Below are positions 55,369-64,000 of a DNA stretch of 64,000 nucleotides, one piece after another. Positions within the stretch are counted from its first letter, which is position 1. Each line of letters starts with the position of its first letter. A program made the translations under genes and the position numbers. Location: IMG/VR virus record IMGVR_UViG_3300036766_000988, positions 188,184 to 252,183 of that record; one strand, 5' to 3'. A model generated the notes under the pieces. The model ran no database searches. It had not been told where the DNA came from and saw only the letters and a program-made list of their open reading frames with translations.

Positions 55369-55967
55369 TGGCTCGAAAGCTCCCCATTTTCACGGAGCGA
55401 ACGATCGCCGAAACGAAAGCCGATCAGATCGAGCACGAAAGGGCGTTCTCTGATCAGCTCGGGCCAGTCGTGTGCAAAGAGGGGTGTTCAAATTGCTGCT
55501 CTCATGCCGTCCATGTGACGCTTCCTGAAGGAATCCTTGCGTACAAGGCCCTCGTCAAGAAAGGTCTCTGGACGCCAAGTCTACGCAAGAAGCTCGAAGA
55601 GCATGCAGCTCGCACGTGGGATCTTTCGGTTGTGGTCTGGCATCTATCGAACATCCCGTGTCCGCTCCTAGAGAAGGAGCGTTGCATCGTTCACGATGCC
55701 AGACCCTTCGCATGTCGGGTAACGTTCGCGCTAAGCGATCCCGCAGGGTGTCACCCTCACCGAGTGAATGACTTCCCCTCGGTGCTACCGAAGCGTGAAG
55801 CTCTCGAAGCCTTTAGCGCCAAGCAAACGCAACTCTTGCGACGCCATGGGATCCCTATGTTTCTGATGTCGCTCTCAAAAGCCATCCTTTTGGGGGAGAA
55901 GATTGCTACAGGGAACGTGGATCTCGAAAACTTCGCTCAACTTTTCGCGAAAGACCCTGTCCCATGA
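55368..55967 (+). CDS. YkgJ/CxxxCxxCC-family metal-cluster protein
   Basis: CKEGCSNCC..CPLL..CIVHDARPFACR. Confidence 0.82.
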   Translation: MARKLPIFTERTIAETKADQIEHERAFSDQLGPVVCKEGCSNCCSHAVHVTLPEGILAYKALVKKGLWTPSLRKKLEEHAARTWDLSVVVWHLSNIPCPLLEKERCIVHDARPFACRVTFALSDPAGCHPHRVNDFPSVLPKREALEAFSAKQTQLLRRHGIPMFLMSLSKAILLGEKIATGNVDLENFAQLFAKDPVP

Positions 55968-56254
55968 AGTGCGGTATCTGTCGTCGCGATAAAAACACCG
56001 ATGATATGAAGCACATCGTCCTCACGGATGAGGAACGTGCGTTCGTGAAGCGGATGCAAGGGATCGACGAGACAGAGTACTGGTGCTGCAAGCCCTGTTA
56101 CGCTGTGCTTTCGGACAAGCAGCAAGGGGCTCAGCTCATCAAAGGCACCTTGCAGGTGAACCTCACAGCAGCCGGAGTCCGAGATCCCGAGAAGTACGCC
56201 AAGAAGGTGTACGACATGTTGATCGACAAGTCCGCCAAAAAGCCGGTTTCGTAG
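55964..56254 (+). CDS. Zn-ribbon protein
   Basis: CGIC..CKPC. Confidence 0.6.
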   Translation: MKCGICRRDKNTDDMKHIVLTDEERAFVKRMQGIDETEYWCCKPCYAVLSDKQQGAQLIKGTLQVNLTAAGVRDPEKYAKKVYDMLIDKSAKKPVS

Positions 56255-56255
56255 G

Positions 56256-56480
56256 ATGATGACGCATGCCGAGTTGGAGGCAGTCGCTCGACGACGAGGG
56301 ATTGTTCGCTGGTCTCCCTCCCGTCGTATCGAACGTCTCCGTCTCGGCCGTGATGGAGTCATTCTCGCCCTACGAGCCTTAACGGGAAAAGAGCACCCTC
56401 TTTGGCTTCGACGTGCCGTGTACTGGTGTATTGAGGTCGATCCCAAGCAGCCCGTCCCAGTGGGCGACTTGCTCTGGTAG
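56256..56480 (+). CDS. hypothetical protein
   Basis: Operon context. Confidence 0.5.
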   Translation: MMTHAELEAVARRRGIVRWSPSRRIERLRLGRDGVILALRALTGKEHPLWLRRAVYWCIEVDPKQPVPVGDLLW

Positions 56481-57245
56481 GTGAGAACCCTGATGAATAC
56501 CCAATCGCTCGAAACCGTTATCACCCAGCTCCAAAAGATCCGTCGGGAGCAGGGTGAAGAGGCGTTCCAACACGCCCTCAAGTATTTCGTGAAAGCGGGT
56601 CTTCGGGCAGGAGGTCAGTCCGAGATCTTTGTCGTGTCTCTCGCCAAGCACTTCCCTTTCGTCGATCTCGACGCTCTACGGGCAGAGATTCAAGCAGGGG
56701 TCGTGGATCCCGACATCCGCCAAGGGCCACCCCCTGAACCAAAACCCTCCGTAGCCGCTTCGGGATCGACCGCCGCAGCCCCAGGAGATGTCTTCGCCGA
56801 AGCGCTCAAGCAACAGCTCCCTGGACTCAAGAATAAAGCGCAGATGAACGCCTTCATGGCGTCCTTCGAGGCTTACCGTGAGGTGATGAACGCGATTCTC
56901 GATGGAGACCCCTTGAAAGAAGGGAAGGCTCGCGAGGCGCTCATGACTTCTTTCGAGGTTGTGCGTAAGGCGACCGAAATCTCGAACATGCTCAAGGATG
57001 TACCGGAAGCAGCGGCTTCGAAGGCGTCCGATGACTTCCGCAGTGAGCCTACCCAGTGGGGCGAGTACGACGTTCAGCGGAAGCTCCTCTCCGAGTTGGA
57101 AGGGCTCAAGCAGCTTCATGACTTGAACGATTGGTACAAGACCAACCGTAAGCGCATCGACGAGGTTCAGACCGCTACCCTTCGCAACCCGTTGCTCGAC
57201 GCGATCCGCGAGAAGAAGATGGCGCTCTCGAAAGACAGCCCGTGA
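56481..57245 (+). CDS. hypothetical protein
   Basis: 254 aa helical ORF. Confidence 0.65.
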   Translation: MRTLMNTQSLETVITQLQKIRREQGEEAFQHALKYFVKAGLRAGGQSEIFVVSLAKHFPFVDLDALRAEIQAGVVDPDIRQGPPPEPKPSVAASGSTAAAPGDVFAEALKQQLPGLKNKAQMNAFMASFEAYREVMNAILDGDPLKEGKAREALMTSFEVVRKATEISNMLKDVPEAAASKASDDFRSEPTQWGEYDVQRKLLSELEGLKQLHDLNDWYKTNRKRIDEVQTATLRNPLLDAIREKKMALSKDSP

Positions 57246-57643
57246 GCGAGCATCGGACGAAGTACGTCGTCGCGATGTACGGGGATCTCAACCGAGGAGA
57301 GCGGATGAACATCGCTGTCCTGGCGTGGGATACGCTCTTGGGGGCCACGGCGCCTGTAACGGTCCATGTCCTCGAAGACTGGTCTCGTATCCATGCAGCT
57401 TTCCCCGCAGGGGGTGAAGAGCAACAGAGGCTCGTGTCGGTGCGGCTAGAGGGGATCGAAACCTACGCCGAGTACATTCAAATCTGGACTCGTATGGGCC
57501 CCTATACGCCTTTCGAGTTCACAGAAGAACGGGGGTCTCTCGAATCCCCCGAGAAGACTGCCGCCTCGATGGCGGTGTATTTCCTCAGACAAGGACAGGA
57601 TCCGCTTCGTATGGAGAAAGCGTTGATCAGCCGTCATTTCTGA
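57242..57643 (+). CDS. DUF3037-like protein
   Basis: DLNRGERMNIAVL resembles the family N-terminus. Confidence 0.5.
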   Translation: MSEHRTKYVVAMYGDLNRGERMNIAVLAWDTLLGATAPVTVHVLEDWSRIHAAFPAGGEEQQRLVSVRLEGIETYAEYIQIWTRMGPYTPFEFTEERGSLESPEKTAASMAVYFLRQGQDPLRMEKALISRHF

Positions 57644-57644
57644 T

Positions 57645-58043
57645 ATGGCAGCCGCATATAAGCCCGAGGCTACAGCGCGATCCACGCTTCAAAGTCGTAA
57701 GTGGCGTGCGGCTAACAAAGAAAGAGCCAGTGAGCTTGCTCGTGAATGGAGAGACAAACATCCCGAGCAAACAAAAGTCACAAACCGCAACAGCAAAATC
57801 AAGAAGGCATACGGACTATCTCCTGAACAATACGATGCTAAGTTGTTGGAACAGGGTGGTGTTTGTGCAATATGCAGAGAGACGTGCGCAACAGGACACG
57901 CTCTATGTGTTGATCACAACCACACCACGAATGCAGTCCGAGGGCTTCTCTGCAAGAAGCACAACACGATGATCAGCTACGCCAACGAAGACATCTCTAC
58001 TTTGGAAGCGGCTATCGCATACCTAAGGAAGTACGGTGCATGA
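57645..58043 (+). CDS. endonuclease VII-family protein
   Basis: YGLS..EQGGVCAIC..VDHNH..VRGLLC..HN. Confidence 0.88.
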   Translation: MAAAYKPEATARSTLQSRKWRAANKERASELAREWRDKHPEQTKVTNRNSKIKKAYGLSPEQYDAKLLEQGGVCAICRETCATGHALCVDHNHTTNAVRGLLCKKHNTMISYANEDISTLEAAIAYLRKYGA

Positions 58044-58432
58044 AAGTTCTTGTGTGTGGGTCTAGGGATTGGACTGATCGTAAGGCGATTGAAAGGGAGT
58101 TTAAGAAGCTCCCACCTGGAACGATCATCGTTCATGGAGCATGCCCAACGGGAGCAGACGCTCTAGCAGATGCCGCAGCGATGAAGTTCGGATTCCAGAT
58201 CAGGCGCTACCCTGCGGACTGGGATGGCGAGCTGGCGGCTACGGGATCGGCCAAGGCAGCCGGGCCGAAGCGGAACTCGAAGATGATCCGTGAGGAACAC
58301 CCGGACAAGGATGGCGTGCCGATCCACATGGGCCTTGCCTTTACGCTCGACCTCTCTCGCTCCCGAGGAACCAAGGACTGTACGGAGCGTGCCCGCAAGG
58401 CAGGCATCAAGGTCGAGGTCTTCTCGGTGTAG
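58040..58432 (+). CDS. SLOG-family (YspA/DUF2493-like) protein
   Basis: VLVCGSRDW, IVHGACPTGAD, AGPKRN, SRGT. Confidence 0.85.
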   Translation: MKVLVCGSRDWTDRKAIEREFKKLPPGTIIVHGACPTGADALADAAAMKFGFQIRRYPADWDGELAATGSAKAAGPKRNSKMIREEHPDKDGVPIHMGLAFTLDLSRSRGTKDCTERARKAGIKVEVFSV

Positions 58433-58719
58433 TGCTCGCCATGGTGATGGTCGCCCCCAGTCCTACGCACATCCAGGTGGCTCAACGCCTTTACGAAGCC
58501 CATCGGGTACCTGGGGATCAGAAACCTTGGGAGCACCTATCAGACGACACCCAAGCACGCTGGGTGACGGTGGCCAAGGCTGCTGCGGCCTTGCTCTACG
58601 AACAGGCTGCGGATGAAGTCTGGGGGTTCATGGCCTCGGCGGAGGACTGCGGCAAGCAGGTAGACAAGATGACCATGTCGAGCGCTGTCGTCCACCTGAA
58701 GCGTCTATCCAAAGAATAG
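58432..58719 (+). CDS. hypothetical protein
   Basis: Follows GGTGTAG. Confidence 0.55.
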   Translation: MLAMVMVAPSPTHIQVAQRLYEAHRVPGDQKPWEHLSDDTQARWVTVAKAAAALLYEQAADEVWGFMASAEDCGKQVDKMTMSSAVVHLKRLSKE

Positions 58720-58727
58720 GGGATCCC

Positions 58728-59228
58728 ATGGTGATGAACTACCTGCTCCCAGGTTTGTTGAATCCTGAGAAGCCCGCGACCGAGCATGTGGTGACGGCGG
58801 AGCCTTCCAAGGCGGCGGAGTCTCGGGATTTGGTTCCTCCCACTGTGACGAGCCCGGTTGCAGACGCGACGGCTGGGCAGGCTTTGCGGGCTGAACTGCA
58901 CCTCATCGAGCACCAGACGACTGGGCTTCCCCTACTAACCGAACAGATCGCTGGGAAGCTTGGGGTGCCCTATCTGGGGATCCTGAAAGATCGAGTCCAA
59001 GACTCGTCGATCCTGAACTTCCCTTCGGGACTCAATCTTCCGAAGGACAAGCCGTGGCCAGAGAGCCAATTGAATGCCATCGGTAAGGTCGTCGCGCTCT
59101 ACGCGATCCCTAACTCGTGGCTTCTGGGTATTCGAGGCGAACACGGTGACCGCTATCTCCGAGTCACCGATATTCAGCGGTACCGTCATATCGCGGTGTT
59201 CGAACACCTGACTGGCATCACGGTATAG
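58728..59228 (+). CDS. hypothetical protein
   Basis: Operon context. Confidence 0.55.
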   Translation: MVMNYLLPGLLNPEKPATEHVVTAEPSKAAESRDLVPPTVTSPVADATAGQALRAELHLIEHQTTGLPLLTEQIAGKLGVPYLGILKDRVQDSSILNFPSGLNLPKDKPWPESQLNAIGKVVALYAIPNSWLLGIRGEHGDRYLRVTDIQRYRHIAVFEHLTGITV

Positions 59229-59230
59229 GC

Positions 59231-59602
59231 ATGAGTCTCATTCCATTTCTAAAAAGCCTCTTCCAGACAGCTCCGGTCAAGCCGCTGCCCGCTAAAGAGC
59301 CGGACACCCGAGGGCCATTCACTGTCGAGGCGGGAGCCAGGATCAAATCCCATGGTAATCAGTGGGAGATCCTCAGTGTTGTTGCAGATGGGAGCACGTT
59401 CCGATTCAAAGCTCTCGCAGCGAATCCTCAAGTCGAATCGTATATCGACATCGGAGCGATCTATACATGCCATCGGCACAGCCGTCTCTATGCCAGTATG
59501 CCTCTCGTCTACGAAGTCCCTGAGAATGAGATGAAGCGCTCTACGAGCCAGCTTCTGCTTTTCATCTGGGAGACGGGGCCCGAAATCGAATTAGACTGTT
59601 AG
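59231..59602 (+). CDS. hypothetical protein
   Basis: Operon context. Confidence 0.55.
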   Translation: MSLIPFLKSLFQTAPVKPLPAKEPDTRGPFTVEAGARIKSHGNQWEILSVVADGSTFRFKALAANPQVESYIDIGAIYTCHRHSRLYASMPLVYEVPENEMKRSTSQLLLFIWETGPEIELDC

Positions 59603-59618
59603 CGGAGGGGAGAGTGCA

Positions 59619-60065
59619 ATGCCGGACGATACCAAAAACCTGAACATCCGTGGGAGAGTCGTGGGGCGTGACCACTGGACGCCGGAAGACCACGCCGAGT
59701 GGGCCCGAAGATCCAGGGCCAACGGTGAGGTACACAGGGCACGGCGCCAAGCTCTCGTCGACTTCGGTTGGGAACTCCACGACCGACGTTGCTCTCACCA
59801 TCACGGCGGCGAATGGGCTCTGGATCCGCTCGGTGGGGAGCACGTCACTCACGAAGAAGCCTACCGACGTCAGGAAGAACGTCGGCCGGGTTCGATCCCG
59901 AGCTGGCCGACGTTCGACAACGACTGGAAGCCGCCCTCATCAAACGAGGGGCTGATGACCATCAGCGAGTTGAAGATCCAGCCCCTTCAGGCACCGTCTG
60001 GGCTGATCTTCTACCAAGAATACGGTGAGATGTTCAAGGACAACGCGAAGACAGAGAAGCCATAA
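59619..60065 (+). CDS. hypothetical protein with gp23-like C-terminal peptide
   Basis: GGAG RBS; IQPLQAPSGLIFY. Confidence 0.6.
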   Translation: MPDDTKNLNIRGRVVGRDHWTPEDHAEWARRSRANGEVHRARRQALVDFGWELHDRRCSHHHGGEWALDPLGGEHVTHEEAYRRQEERRPGSIPSWPTFDNDWKPPSSNEGLMTISELKIQPLQAPSGLIFYQEYGEMFKDNAKTEKP

Positions 60066-60088
60066 TCTACGCGTTCGTCGCCAGGGCT

Positions 60089-60367
60089 ATGATCGACCTC
60101 TTCTTTCACGCGGACTTGAACGGCATCACGTTTCAGCTCGACATCCCGTTCAAGGATCGCACAGCAAAGAAGCTGCCACGGTTCGTTTTCATGAGCTTGG
60201 ACGCTCCACCTCTCAAGCCCCAGGTGATTGGGAAAGATCGCCTCTTCGCGGTCACCAGCATCCTCACTGGGCAGTCGATGCAGGCTGTCGGGCAGGAGGG
60301 CATCGGCGTGTATCGCTACGTGGGAGACGGGCGTCGATTGATCTGGAAGGTGAAGGAACCATGTTGA
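60089..60367 (+). CDS. hypothetical protein
   Basis: Operon context. Confidence 0.5.
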   Translation: MIDLFFHADLNGITFQLDIPFKDRTAKKLPRFVFMSLDAPPLKPQVIGKDRLFAVTSILTGQSMQAVGQEGIGVYRYVGDGRRLIWKVKEPC

Positions 60368-60552
60368 AGCACATGACGGGCAAGCAGATCGCGCATCTTG
60401 CTGTAGGGTTGGGACTTCTTCTGAGCTTCGGCTTCGTTCTGTTGGCCGTCCTCATCCCCGAGGCCCGTTTGGGAGCTGCTTTAGGCGGGGGTCAGATTTT
60501 CATGGCCACAGCCGTCGGGTACGGGAAGTTCCGTCGCGCTGGGCAAGTCTGA
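60361..60552 (+). CDS. small membrane protein
   Basis: Two hydrophobic helices; AAGGA RBS. Confidence 0.55.
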   Translation: MLKHMTGKQIAHLAVGLGLLLSFGFVLLAVLIPEARLGAALGGGQIFMATAVGYGKFRRAGQV

Positions 60553-60584
60553 CGGTGTAGGGCCACCAAGACCGGGAGGTCCCT

Positions 60585-60920
60585 ATGGCCAAGCACGTCT
60601 GGAAGCGGCAGAGAAACGACAAAGTCACGGTCCACATCTATGCGTGCAAGGGATGTGGTCGCTCGATGAAGATCCGAGCGGGTTTCGACAACATCGAGAC
60701 AATGGCCCAGTGGCTCAAATATCCGGTGGAGTGTCCACGACCGGTGCCGACTCCCAAGGACTTAAAAGCTCTGTGGGAAATCGCTCGCCAATGGGTTACG
60801 ACCCACCAGGTTCGAGGGCCGGAATCGGTTGACCAGGTGGATAGCGTGAACTTGGCGTGTCCTGCCCTGGCATCGGATGTTGCAGGTCTGGTCGGCTTCT
60901 ACGAGGACGACATCGAATGA
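60585..60920 (+). CDS. hypothetical protein
   Basis: GGTGTAG motif and GGAGG RBS. Confidence 0.6.
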   Translation: MAKHVWKRQRNDKVTVHIYACKGCGRSMKIRAGFDNIETMAQWLKYPVECPRPVPTPKDLKALWEIARQWVTTHQVRGPESVDQVDSVNLACPALASDVAGLVGFYEDDIE

Positions 60921-61411
60921 TCCAATATCTCAAAGGCGACGCCACAGCTCCCCAGGCCAAGGGGCCCAAGCTCATCGTCCACATCGTCAATACTCTTGGA
61001 GGCTGGGGAAGTGGCTTTGTTCTTGCCATTTCGAAGCGGTGGTCGGAGCCCGAGGCTGCCTACCGGAAATGGTACAAGGACAAGTCCTATGGGAACCCTC
61101 CAGTCAAGTTCGAGCTGGGGGCCATTCAGCTCGTGCAAGTCAAGCTCGACACCACTGTAGTCAACATGGTGGCCCAACAAGGAATCGGGACAGGGAGCAA
61201 CGGCCCTCCCATTCGATACGATGCTCTGGAGAAGTGCTTGGCAAGCGTAGCTGAGTGGGCCCAAAAGAGCGGTGCCTCTGTGCATGCCCCCAGGATTGGG
61301 TGCGCTCTTGCGGGTGGACGTTGGAGGGAAGTTGAACCGATCCTTCAACGGACGCTGATCAAGAACGAAGTGTCTGTGACCATCTATGACTTCGGTCCCT
61401 TCAACCCCTAG
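60917..61411 (+). CDS. macrodomain protein (TARG1/DarG/Poa1-like)
   Basis: KGDAT, HIVNTLGGWGSG, PRIGCALAGGRW. Confidence 0.88.
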   Translation: MIQYLKGDATAPQAKGPKLIVHIVNTLGGWGSGFVLAISKRWSEPEAAYRKWYKDKSYGNPPVKFELGAIQLVQVKLDTTVVNMVAQQGIGTGSNGPPIRYDALEKCLASVAEWAQKSGASVHAPRIGCALAGGRWREVEPILQRTLIKNEVSVTIYDFGPFNP

Positions 61412-61418
61412 AGAGCAC

Positions 61419-61685
61419 ATGTCGATTACCATTAGCCCAGGCGACACCTTTTACGACAAGCTGCCTGATGGGCGCTACGAGAAGTGTGTCCTTCAGCAGA
61501 CGACCAACGACACCCCAGATCGGCATGCGGCGGCCCGAGGTGGTACTGGTGAGTTCTTCCGAGCCATCCCCAAGGACGAGCTTCGTGCGCTGTTGAGCAA
61601 CCCGCCACCGTGCCCACGTCTGGATGCTGCGGTGATGATCTACGATACGGATGGTCTCTTCGTGCATTTGGAGCCCGTGCTGTGA
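61419..61685 (+). CDS. hypothetical protein
   Basis: Operon context. Confidence 0.5.
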   Translation: MSITISPGDTFYDKLPDGRYEKCVLQQTTNDTPDRHAAARGGTGEFFRAIPKDELRALLSNPPPCPRLDAAVMIYDTDGLFVHLEPVL

Positions 61686-61942
61686 AACCGCATGTCGTAA
61701 AAGCGTGGGCATGCAGCTCCTGCCACAAACCATATCCGCATACCCCGTTCGGCAAGGTTGCTGCGCTGGGATGTTGTGGGTGTCGAGAATGTGGGGGTCG
61801 TGGAGAGTACACGGGCATGGAAACGATATGCGATGCGTGTCATGCCAAGATCGAATTGAAGAACGCCGAAGAGAACCTGGTGGCTGCCCAAGAAAGGTTC
61901 AAGAGAGCCCAGGACGCCCAATGCCGAATAAGAAGCCACTAA
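61682..61942 (+). CDS. Cys-rich small protein
   Basis: CSSC, CCGCREC, CDAC; GTGA overlap. Confidence 0.55.
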   Translation: MKPHVVKAWACSSCHKPYPHTPFGKVAALGCCGCRECGGRGEYTGMETICDACHAKIELKNAEENLVAAQERFKRAQDAQCRIRSH

Positions 61943-62118
61943 CTCAGGAAGAGCGAGAACGTCTTGTAGTGGAAGCACTCCAGACGGCTGCGGGCAAGAA
62001 GCAACTCCGCGAAGCCATCGGGCTTGCTGCCGCCAAGGCAGCGGACAACTTGCCCGAAGGGTCGAGGGCTTGGCGGCTCGCTCGAAAGCTTGCGGGGCTA
62101 CCGGTAAAGCCGGTGTAG
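61921..62118 (+). CDS. hypothetical protein
   Basis: AGGA RBS. Confidence 0.5.
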   Translation: MPNKKPLTQEERERLVVEALQTAAGKKQLREAIGLAAAKAADNLPEGSRAWRLARKLAGLPVKPV

Positions 62119-62184
62119 TTACGTCGCTCTAGGTGGGGAGTCGGGTGAAGATCCCAACGACCGTTAGTTCGACGAGGATGCCTA

Positions 62185-62514
62185 ATGAAAACCAGCGTGC
62201 AGCCAAAGATGGTCCACTACCAGATAGCGAAACTTCTGGTACCCGTCAAGTCTCAAGACCTTGAGAAAGTCGCGGAAATCATCGCTGCACTTACTCCCGC
62301 ACAGGTAAGTAGACTTTGGAAGATGAGTAGACTTCCTGGGTCGCCGATGATGGCACAGCGGGACAAGACCGATCCGAAGGTCGACCCAAACCGGGCCAAG
62401 AAAATCCTGATCGACGGCCTGAAGTACCACGAGCACGATGGGCACGACATGCCCAAGCGGGTTGCCAGAAATGCCCTGGCGGCGCTCGGCGTGAAGGAAG
62501 ACGACCAGCCATGA
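62185..62514 (+). CDS. hypothetical protein
   Basis: GAGGA RBS. Confidence 0.6.
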   Translation: MKTSVQPKMVHYQIAKLLVPVKSQDLEKVAEIIAALTPAQVSRLWKMSRLPGSPMMAQRDKTDPKVDPNRAKKILIDGLKYHEHDGHDMPKRVARNALAALGVKEDDQP

Positions 62515-62780
62515 TCTACGTCGAAGACAACATCCCCTTGGGGGGCCGTTCACAATACGACGTCCAACCTCATGGTTCCGCTTTCTACATCAAGCCGGAT
62601 CGCACTGTGGGACAGACCAGCGGGGGGAAGGGCTGGGGAATCGTGGACGTCCCTCTATTCGAGATCTCTCGTGAGGAGGAACCCGCGTTGAAAGCTTTGC
62701 TTCTCAAACACGGGCCCTTCAAGGGTCTTACCCTCTGTCGTGCCCAACAGGGTACGGGACTCGTAGGTTTCAAATGGTGA
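62511..62780 (+). CDS. hypothetical protein
   Basis: ATGA overlap. Confidence 0.55.
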   Translation: MIYVEDNIPLGGRSQYDVQPHGSAFYIKPDRTVGQTSGGKGWGIVDVPLFEISREEEPALKALLLKHGPFKGLTLCRAQQGTGLVGFKW

Positions 62781-63742
62781 TGCGAACCTCTGCTCTCAAT
62801 TCCGCGAAGCTTGAATCCATCAGGGTCATCGTCGTCCATGACGCATGTGCCGACGGAACCGTGTCGGCCATCTTGCTCAAGGATGCCTTCTATGGACGGG
62901 AAGTGCAGATCAAGTTCGTGCAGTACAACACCCCCGAGCACAAGAATCTCGTGGCCGAGCCTGGCATGCTCTTCTGCGATTTCTCTCCCGTTCCCGAGCG
63001 GGTGCAGGAATTCGTCGATGCAGGCGCTATCGTGCTCGACCACCACAAGACATCCAAGCCTATCGTCGATGCTTTCGGAGAGAACGGGATCTTCGGGGAC
63101 GAAGTGGCCGACCCAGGTATCTGTGGTGCTAGCCTGGCGTTCCGACATGTCTGGCTGCCCCGTCGTGGAGATCTCACGATCCAGAGGGCGTTTGCGGCAG
63201 AGTTCGCAACGCTGGCGGGCATCCGGGATACGTGGCAGCGACACGACGAACGATGGAAAGACGCCTGCATTCAAGCCAACGTTCTGTACTTCATCCCGAA
63301 CGAGCGTTGGCTCGCCAGGAACTTCACCGAGCTGGCGTCGAGTTGGGCACGGGATTTCCGCCCGATTGGGGAACTCCTCTACGAGCGCAATGAGAAAGGG
63401 ACTCTCCGGGCTTCGAAGGCTGCCTACCGCTTCACGACCCAAAAGGGCACACGAGTCGTGATCTTCGATGGGCTCAAAGAGTCGTCCGATGTCGCTGATC
63501 TGCTGGGGAAAGAAGCTGATCTCGTGGTGGGGTTCTTGGCTACGTGTGAGAACGGCACCCCTCAATACCTCTACTCGACCAGAAGCCACACGACGTTCGA
63601 CTGCGCTACCCTCGCCAAATCTCTTGGTGGAGGGGGGCATACGAAAGCCGCTGGGTTCAACGTCCAGATTGATCCAGAATCGGCTCTCAATCCCTACGCT
63701 TGTCTGAAAGCCATCGTCGAGAACTTCGAGGCGAAGCCATGA
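62774..63742 (+). CDS. DHH/DHHA1 phosphoesterase
   Basis: HDACADG, CDFS, LDHH, RDTW, GGGGHTKAAG. Confidence 0.9.
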   Translation: MVMRTSALNSAKLESIRVIVVHDACADGTVSAILLKDAFYGREVQIKFVQYNTPEHKNLVAEPGMLFCDFSPVPERVQEFVDAGAIVLDHHKTSKPIVDAFGENGIFGDEVADPGICGASLAFRHVWLPRRGDLTIQRAFAAEFATLAGIRDTWQRHDERWKDACIQANVLYFIPNERWLARNFTELASSWARDFRPIGELLYERNEKGTLRASKAAYRFTTQKGTRVVIFDGLKESSDVADLLGKEADLVVGFLATCENGTPQYLYSTRSHTTFDCATLAKSLGGGGHTKAAGFNVQIDPESALNPYACLKAIVENFEAKP

Positions 63743-64000
63743 TTCGGCCGGACGCTGATCTCGGGCTCACGCCGGACGAGCTGGGACGGGTTGACGACCT
63801 TGAGGCACGCCTAGAGAATCATGTGCGGGAGTTTTTGCGTGATCTACGCCGGGCTGGGAAGCCCCTTGTTCAGATGCAGGTGAAACTCCCCTCCAGGTAT
63901 CCCCACTGTATCGTCGAGGAGATTGTGCGGAGGTGCCAAGCTGCTGGATGGCACGTGCAGTACGTGGATGGCCTGCGTCCCAGCAAAACCAAAGTCAGGA
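63739..64000 (+). CDS. hypothetical protein (partial, runs off right edge)
   Basis: ATGA overlap with the DHH stop; open to window end. Confidence 0.5.
   Translation, partial: MIRPDADLGLTPDELGRVDDLEARLENHVREFLRDLRRAGKPLVQMQVKLPSRYPHCIVEEIVRRCQAAGWHVQYVDGLRPSKTKVR

Overview
GC-rich, gene-dense segment that reads as a large (jumbo-type) bacteriophage genome. This is an inference from gene content and organisation; no virion structural operon is present in the window. The first ~24 kb (minus strand) is a replication/recombination/repair module built from bacterial-type parts: clamp-loader subunits gamma/tau (dnaX, runs off the left edge), delta and delta', a divergent beta clamp, a TOPRIM primase core, an SbcC/Rad50 split into two genes around SbcD, a PD-(D/E)XK nuclease, RecA with an N-terminal Zn finger, RuvC, a probable SSB, RecD2, NAD-dependent ligase and class II ribonucleotide reductase. 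At 24.2-24.75 kb is a non-coding cassette, the most novel-looking feature: a promoter, two unrecognised structured RNAs, a tRNA-Trp(CCA) with a 30-nt hairpin inserted in its D-loop, and a pseudoknot-capable RNA ending in U6. It sits beside an HNH nuclease, an ATP-dependent RNA ligase, GroEL, a Trbp111-like tRNA-binding protein, a NUDIX hydrolase and RtcB. The rest is an accessory region of small genes: a divergent methyltransferase/restriction-like nuclease pair, DUF1653 genes (one frameshifted), radical SAM proteins, an HAD phosphatase, a kinase-like protein, acyl carrier protein, ADP-ribosylhydrolase, macrodomain, SLOG, DHH, endonuclease VII and a histone-H1-like protein. A recurring ECF-like promoter motif (TGA[A/T]N-N16-GTAG, usually ending GGYGTAG) precedes many transcription units. 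All family calls come from motif recognition by eye and all RNA folds from manual base-pairing; none was confirmed by search.
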